In this document: positions 53,201-62,200 of the stretch, in pieces
Position numbering within the stretch: the stretch's first letter is position 1
Layout of the letters: every line of letters begins with the position of its first letter
Assembly: GCF_030144855.1 (NCBI RefSeq)
Contig: NC_082739.1
Coordinates: 17,360,001 to 17,424,000, forward strand
Reading direction: 5' to 3'
DNA: 64,000 nucleotides
Source of the DNA: Hypanus sabinus
Lineage: Eukaryota
Notes under the pieces: generated by a model
Databases searched by the model: none
What the model saw: only the letters and a program-made list of their open reading frames with translations
What the model was told of the DNA's origin: nothing
Position numbers and translations under genes: made by a program

Positions 53201-56200
53201 GAAAGGGATGTAATGCAGCTGCCCATTTAGGCATCAGAATCCCATAAAGAGCGACAAGATAAATGATCAGATATTTGTTTTTGGCAGTATTGCTTAAAAC
53301 ATAAATATTAATCAAACCACTTTAAAACCTAACATCGTGAAAGTCATTTTTAGAATAAGATCATTAAAGCTGCTGTCAAATGTGAAAAGATTGAAACAAT
53401 AGACTATCACACTTTCTAAAATGTCTGAATAAAATTCCTAAAACATTTCTGTGTTAAGAGCAGAGGTATGCCGATTTTTTTCCTGCAAACAATAGAGATG
53501 TACACAGATATTCATCTGAACATTGAACACTTTTAATCAAATTAAAGATGGCCCTAGTTTTGTTCAGAAGTGGAATAATCTGAATTCAATACTAAAATTA
53601 TCTGTAAGTTAAATAGTTAGGTGGCCCAGTCACCAAGGCTCTAAGAGCTAAAAGGAGATTAGGATGAGCCATGATATAGAAGTGTGAAATATTTCATTTG
53701 ATAATTTTTCAACTAGAATTTTGAGAGAAACAGAAATTTCACTACTACACAATAACAAAAACTGCCAAATAATTTGCTCGCAACTGTAATCTTACACTCA
53801 GTGGTCATTTTACTAGCTACACCTGCTTGCTATGGCAAATATCCAATCAGCCAATTGTGTGGCAGTTACTTAATGCACAAAACCATACAGACATTATCAA
53901 GCAGTTCAGTTGCTTTTCAGACCAAACATCGGAATGGGGATGAAATGTGATCTAAGTGACTTTGACCGTGCCTGTTGTTTGACCTTTGACTGTTAGTGCC
54001 AGATGGGGTGGTTTGAGTATCTCGGAAACTGCAGATCTCCTGGGATTTTCATGCACAACAGTCTCTAGAGTTTAGAGAGAATGGTGCAAAAAACAAAAAA
54101 AAAGATCAAATGATGTGGGCAAAAATGCCTTAGTAATGGGAGCTCAGAGGAGAATAACCAGATTGGCTCAAGGATTAAAGTATTTCTCATTTTTATCTTA
54201 ATATTTTGTCATGGAATTTGTATGTCAACTTTATTTCAATCTTTGAGCTCCACTCCCCACACCACAAGAGTTTGTGAGCAGACAACAAAGACACATTCTA
54301 GGATGTTATTGGCTTATCCTGGTGGACACTGTTCCCCAGGCTAACAATGATCATTCTTCTATTCCAAAAGCACTATAGATATTTCCATCTACAGTTAGTC
54401 TATCAGGCCAAACTCACAGAACTCAGGACTCCTAGAACAGTGAGTTCCTAAATAAGGCAACAATTATACCAGTGCCTAAGAAGAGTAGTGTGAGCTGCCT
54501 TAATGACTATTGCGCAGTAGCACTCACAGCTACAGTGATGAAATGCTTTGAGAGGTTGGTCATGGCTAGATTGAACTGTTGCCTCAGCAAGGACCTGAAC
54601 CCACTGCAATTTGCCTTTCACCACAAAAGACCTATGGCAGATACAACCTCAATGGCTCTTCACATGGCCTTAGAAGATCACCTGGACAATACAAACACCT
54701 ATGTCAGGATGCTGTTTGTTGACTATAGCCCAGCATTTAACACAATCATTCCCACAGTCCTCATTGAAAAGCTGCAGAACCTGGGCCTCTACCTCCCTCT
54801 GTAATTGGATCCTTGACTTTCTAACCGGAAGACCACAATCTGTGCAGATTGGTGATAATATCTTCTCCTTGTTGATAATCAACACTGGTGCACCTCAGGG
54901 ATGTGTGTTTAGCCCACTACTCTATTCTCTCTATACCCATAACTGTGTGGCTAGGCATAGCTCAAATATCATCTGTATATTTGCTGATGATGCAACCATT
55001 GTTGTGAGAATCTCAGATGGAGATGAGAAGGTGTACAGGAGTGAGGTACACCAGCTAATTGTGGGGTGTCATAGCAAAAACCTTACACTCAAAGTCAGTA
55101 AGATGAAAGAGCTGATTGTGGACTTCAGGAAGGGTAAGGCGAGGGAAAACGAACCGATCCTCATAGAGGGATCAGAAGTGGAGAGAGTGAGCAATTACAA
55201 GTTCCTGAGTGTCAAGATCTCCGAGGATCTATCCTGGTCTGAACATATTGATGCAGCTATAAAGGCAAAGCAGTGGCTATATTTCATTTGGAGTTTAAAG
55301 AGATTTGGTTTGTCACCTAAAACACTTCTATATATGTACTGTGGAGAGCATTCTGAAAGGCTACATCACTAGTATGGGGGGTGGGGGGGGGGGGGGGCTA
55401 CTGCACAGACCTGAAAGAAGCTGCAGAAAGTCGTAAAATTAGTCATTTCCATCTTGGTTACTAGTCTCTGTAGTATTCAAAACATCTTCAAGGGGCAGTG
55501 CCTCAGAAAGTTGATGTCCATTATTAAGGACTCCCGTCACCCAGGGCACACCCTATCCTCATTGTTACAGTGAAGAAGGTACAGAAGCCTGAAGGCACAA
55601 ACTCAGTGATTCAGGAACAGCTTCTTCCCCTCTGTCATACGATTCCAAATGGACGTTGAACCCATGAACATTACCTCACTTTTTAAAAATATACTGTTAT
55701 TTTTGTTTTTGCACTATTTTTAAACTATTCAATATACATATATATATATATACTGTAATTGATTTACTTTTTTTTCCTTTCTATATTATCATGTATCACA
55801 TTGAACTGCTGCTGCTAAGTTAACAAATTTCACAACACATGCCAATGATAATAAACCTGATTCTGAGTTACGTAAAGTCTTTCAGTTCTGTCACACTTGG
55901 ATAATCAAAGGAAATTAATTTTGAATCAGGGGCAAATGTGCATTCAATTATTTTTACACAGTCCCCATGAGATGTTTGTGAAAATTAAGGCAAATGATTG
56001 ACCTAGCTAAGAAACTGGATATGAACCAGAAGGAGAAGATAATAGGCAGGAATTCAATAGACATAATGTGACTAGTAGTATCCCAAAGGGAGTTGTGTTA
56101 ATGCCACAGCTAATGATTTCCTCATTTTGGGGTGATAAAGCTGTTGGATCTTAACAGCAGAACATACCTAATGCCTATTTATGTTCTTAATTCCCACGTT

Positions 56201-59200
56201 CTACCGTGCAGTACTTACTAATGAACAAATTAATGAACCATTGTCTATTAATGGAGAGTTGTGTGCAATTTTGCTGATGGTGCATTAACCTGATCTACTA
56301 CAAATGGGTCTGAAGTCCAGCTGCTCAGAATCAATAAGATTCCAAAAAGTTGCAACAACAATTTACTTTTGTTGGTTTTAACTTTTGAACTGCAACATTT
56401 TGTTCCAGATCTTCTCCTGAGATTAATGAAGTTGACATAGAATGAAAATAGGACATCACGAGTTTAAGATTGTTTGAAGCAGAACGGTTCCACTTGACAA
56501 ATTGGAAGAAATGAGAAAGATTTAAGTGACAACATTGAAGCAATGGCTCTGCACTCTCTAGGTCACAGTGTAGCTAGGAAGTGTGCCAATGGAATCCAAA
56601 CATTTATCTCTCTGGTACCCAAAGGTGGGTTTTGTATACTTTTGTAATCCTTTTTCAATGCCAAGGTTTTCTAGTTTTTCCTCTGTTACCCTGGACTGTG
56701 ACGTCAGGGATCCACTTTGACATTCTGCTTTCTTTGTTGGCCCTATACCTGTCATCAGTGAGCACAATTGGAAACAATACTGAAGATGTCAGGAGCAGGT
56801 GGATTATACATGCTGATGATGGCCTTATTTGACTTGCTTTATTGGCAGCTGTCATTTCTTCTTCATTGAACATTGTGCAGTTCTTCGTTTATTCCTATCA
56901 GATATTGAGGCCAAGATAGCGTAGATGTTTCCAATATCAGGAGCGTCTAGGACCCGAGAGCACAGCCTCATGGTAGAAGTATGTCTCTTTAGAACAGAGT
57001 TTCTTCAGCCAGGGGATAGTGAATCTGGGGAATTCATTGCTTCAGATGGTTGTGGAGGGAAAATCATTGGGGATATTTAAAGCTGAGGTTGATGTGTTCT
57101 TGGTTAATAAGGGCATCAAAGATTATGTGGAGAAGGCAGGAGAATGGGGTTGAGAAGGGAAACCATGATTGAATGGGGGAGCAGATTCAGTGGGCTAAAT
57201 GGCCTCAACGTATGTCTCATGGTCTTATTATTATTTACTTAAAGTACATGGTATCACACCTCCCCAAGGTAACACCGCTGAATCCTTGAATGGCAGATTG
57301 CATAAAAATAAACCTCCAGTAACTAAAATTCCACATATAGTACGTTGTTTGAAAAAAAGCACCTCTAATGTATATTTAATTTTTACATTTATTATAATTA
57401 AGAAATGCTAGAATAGAAATAATATTTTAATTTTCTACCTGCATCACATGGCTCGCAGTCCAAAACACTTGTCCTTCCTGATTGTTGGTTATAAGTCCCT
57501 CTGGGGCAGGGAAATTTGTCTTTAGATTCTGTTCCCGGAGGGCAGTAATAGCCAGGTGGGCAGATATTATCTTCATAAGATGAAGTATTTGAAGGACAGA
57601 AGTAACTGTGGGGAAGCAACAGAGTTAGGGAGAACTCCTGGAATACAAAAAAATGTTTAGTTTTACATCTTGTGGACTGTGTGTCTGTCTCTAAACAGAG
57701 ACAGACACTTACACTATAATATGTGCCAAGTGTTCTAAAAAGTGGAAAATATTATTTAGGCCACAAATCTGAAGCATTGTCATCACTTTCTGCTTCCATG
57801 ATTGCTGCTTGACTTATTATTTCCAGCATTTCCTGCTCAAGATTAAATACTATTTTATACAAAAGTACTATTTTAAACATCATCTGAATGGAATCTGGAG
57901 ACACAAGCCAGGAGCACAGCAAAACGGCCAGAATGGAAACGGTCCAAAGTAAAAAGGCAAAAGATTTAGTAGTCTCTAGTTCAACAGTTTCCCATACATA
58001 CTGCAAATGGAAAATAAATGTGAATTTAAATGTGACTGATGTGATGTGAAGTACTGAAGCACATTCAGACCAGCTTATAAATAATATATCACTGTTCAGA
58101 ATTGCTGGTGTCACTATCAAAAGCTGCTGTGCACAGATGAATGAGATAGGCTGTGCATGTATGGCGTACTCTCGTGTGTAGGTTGATGAGCCGCGTCTGT
58201 TGTGTTGACTGCTGTTTTTTCCATCTCATCTCACTGATTGAGATATCTTCTGATCATCTCTGCTCTGTGTCTCCCATTCCCTCTTTCCTATTGCTCATCA
58301 CCCTGCTTATTCACTGTCATTTCTGTTTCCCGAAGCTATCTGTCTGCTCCCATCTGATTTCCCACCCTCAAGATCTCTCACCTCCTACTCAATTTCTTGC
58401 TCCCCTTGAGCTCCTGAGATTCTGATTGAACCTAAACTTTTCAATCCAGGAAAGCTGAAAATTGATGACACTGTGCACGTGGCTTAAATGAAGATGGGTG
58501 GAGGAGGATAGTGCAGAGGCTTTTAATGTCTACCATAGAAAAGCAGACCATTCCTGTCAAAAGATACTGACAACTCATCAACACATTAGTTACTTTTCCA
58601 AAATCCTAAATGCATCTTCCAGAAATGTTGTTTATTAGTGGGTACAGCAACCCACAAGGGAACTGCCACTGAACATGTGGCAGTACTTTAGATCTCAGTG
58701 TACTGCACACTGATAAGTATCTTTACTTTGCCAGAAAATCAAACAGGTCTTTCAGAAAACTATGTTCATAATCATTTCTACACTGGGAATGCACAAATTG
58801 TCCACTGTTGTTTTTTTGTACCCTTTTGTCATTGTATTATGAGCTAGAAACAAGCGTTTTATACCCATCTGTTCCTTAAATATTCACCTAACTTGGCATG
58901 ATTTTCTTCCTCATTACCCTGGTGGTGGACTGGTAGAGCATACCACCTGGCTGTATTAAAATTAATCCATGTTTTCCCTACTGTTGATTGTATGATTGGT
59001 TTACTGCCCAACACGAGCAGTGAGATTATATTTGTATATGTAGATTAAACATGTATCATGTCTTGATGTTTCAATGTTTCCAATAGTCTTGCCAAAGTGG
59101 TTTAATCAAATGGAAATTACCCTTCAACACATGGACTGCAGGAACTCTGACCTTCAAGAGCATTGTAGGTTCCTGCAGGACATCCCAATGGAAAAGTTGT

Positions 59201-62200
59201 TCCACTCAGACAGAAGTGCCCTGCAATGTGCCATGATGTAAAGTCAGTGTGATCATACAAAAATGAACTACAGAGATTAATATGACATTTACCAAATGCT
59301 TAAAACATTGAGCAAGTGAAACATAATCCTAACATAACCTAATATTTTGTGTCAGATGCAATTGCGAGTAATTGCAACAATTGATACAATAAACCATAAT
59401 GCATTAGGTGTTGTCATCTTACTTCAGTACACAGTTCAGCTTGTTTTATGACATTAAAAATAAAGATGATGAATGTCAAAAACACAAGAGGCTTTTGACA
59501 AGTTAATGCAAAATAGTAAATTGTTTTAGATCCTTTCATAGCATTTGAATGCCCCAAATCGATTTACAACCAAGGAAGAACTTTTGTAAGTGAAAATTAA
59601 AAGAAACTGATGCTGTAAATTTAAGTAGAAAACAAAAATGCTGGAAGTACTCATTTGACTAAGACAACTGTGATGCTTCAAAGAGCAGAATATGAGGTCA
59701 TTCTTAACCTCAGCCATTAAGCTCTATAATGAGTCAACCTACAGCTAGGGAAGTGATGATCCCCTCTTAGCCTGTTTGTGGTAACTTATTTGTTATTCTT
59801 TCTCATGTTTATATCTGTGCACTTGTATAATGCTACTGTGACACTGTAATTTCCTTTGGGATCAATTAAGTATCTAACTATTTAGGTCAAAGACCTGTTG
59901 TCAGAACTATGAAAGGAAACAAAAGGAGCTGTTAAACTATAATGTAGGAGATGGGGCGTGTCACCAATAAGGTAAAACCAAGGTGACCATGGAGATAAAC
60001 ACTGAACAAGATAATCTGATCAATGAGTGAAAGGGAGCAGTTACAGAGTGAGAATACAGACAACATAACGCAGGAGTTCTGAAATGCAGAGCACTTGGAC
60101 TCAATACTGAATTCTATTACTTCATATAATTTGATATTACAGTCATCCATCTGTAGTTTTAGGTCAGTTTATTTATCTTTTCCCCATAAATTTCCTCTGG
60201 GAGTGGAAAAAAATTCCCGGCCTGACCTGCTGGACATGTCCTAAGCAACGCACACAAAATGTTGGAGGAACTCAGCAGGCCAGGCAGCATCTATGGAAAG
60301 GAGTACAGTTGACGTTTCGTTTTGGGCCCAAACCTTTCAGCAAGACTGAAGGGTTTTCCATAGATGCTGCCTGGCCTGCCGAATTCCTCCAGCATTTTTT
60401 GTGTGTTGCTCAGATTTCCAGCCTCTGCAAGTTTTCTCTTGTCTGCAATTGGACATATCCTACTGATGTGCATTTCACAACTCTTACACGCTTTTGTCTC
60501 GGTTCTTTTTCTCTTAACTGCTCCCATTCACTCTTTCAGTTTATCCCTAAGGCCACACTGGTTTTGCCCTGAGATATTCCCCTCCTCCATCTTCTGTGCA
60601 GCCTTAAAATGGTTCTTTTGTCCACCCTCTTAGTTCTGACCTGAAATGTTGACTCCATTTCTTTTCCCATTGATCTGAGTATTCCAGCATTTTCTATTGT
60701 TAATGGTAAACATTTTTGTAATATCATTACTGTTGAAATTTTGGAAATCAAACAGTTGAAGGCATTGTGCAAGGTTCCAGAAACAGTAGAGTAGTAATGA
60801 TCAGCAGAGTCTGTTCTTTGATATTGGTCCTCATTAGTTTCAAAATAGTCACAGATTTTTTTTTCCCCTTCCTTGGTAAAGCAGACGGGCTTCAGTTTAA
60901 CATTAAATCCATAAACTGCTTAACAGTGCAGCATTCTCAGAGAGTGATAACGTCACACTCTCTTGGCACAGCTGTAGTGTGTCAATTTAAATATTTTACG
61001 CTAGGACCTGAAATTATAATTATCTGGTTTTAAGCAGGAACACTCCCAAATGAACCACACATTTTAAATAATTCAATTACTTGCTTCAACATTAAAAATA
61101 GGTTAACTGCTCAGTCATCAAATGTCATCAAGTTATCCGTTCTAATTCTTTCCTAAACCTCATGAACGTTTCCATCCCACAAAATTTATGTTTGAAAACC
61201 TGGGATTGTTGTTACAAAATCACTCTTTCTCTAAAGATTCTGCTCTTCAAAATATTGATGTTTCTCTGTGTTTGTTTTGTTTTGCATTTAGAATGTTTAA
61301 TAACAAAATTTCTCTGGAAATCCTGTGTTGTTTGTGGCTGAGAGAAGGAAAACAATTTTTGGACAGTGGCTAAGGCTGAGTGAAGATTCTGGGCAAGATT
61401 TGCTGAAGGTGAGCAGACCTTGTATTCTGCTAAGGTCCCTGATGTTGGTCCTGATTCTATCAAGAATCAGTTCGATTTAACTTGAAACTTTATAGAGGCA
61501 TTCCAAAATTTACCAGCATTTGCCACCTTAACTGCTTGTGATGATGTTTGGCCAGTTTATAAGCAGGATTTGTCTGCAGACAAGCAGTTAAGGAATGCTC
61601 CAATTTATAGTTGTTAATTTATCTTAGTCTAGATTGAAGTCCTTCAACCTCTAACATAGAGAGGAGAAAATCAATCTATTTCTGATATTGGGTAAATATC
61701 CACACTGGAACATTTGACTGTAATAACCTGTGCTGTCAACAGCTGAATGGCTGATTCACTAACGAAGGGTCTTGACTTCACTCAGAGACTTTAATGGCGT
61801 GCTTACTGCTTAAAACAGTCTCTTGAAAGGAAGCAGAAACTAACATTATTGGGGATAAAAAGACAGATAATTGTTCAGTCAACCCAGCAATTTCTAGGTT
61901 CTATATATATTCTTTGATAATAAATGCACTTTGAATCTTTCCAATATCATCCATAATGGTCACTCATTTAATAAATATTTTGGTAGCAAAAGAAAAAATT
62001 GTGAGGATAAAATGAAAGAAAATTTAGCAGCAATTAGTTGTAAAATTAACATTTAACAACTGATTGATGGAACAGGCCAAATCAAATGGATTTTTAAAAA
62101 CTTTTTATGAATTCAGTCTCTGTTCTGAACATTCCCCCAGAGGTTTGTCACATTATTTATAGAAAAGTACAAAAATGAATATTTGTTCTGAGTTTGGAAG

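Noticed and set aside
54314-54340. Minus-strand PGEQCPPG* resembling a relic repeat exon
   Set aside because: Only 8 residues, followed at once by a stop, and w3 joins w4 cleanly. Likely chance.
57606-57640. Strong-looking upstream acceptor (tttgtattccag) for exon w3
   Set aside because: It adds 32 nt and meets TAA in the required phase; the acceptor ending at 57605 keeps the frame.
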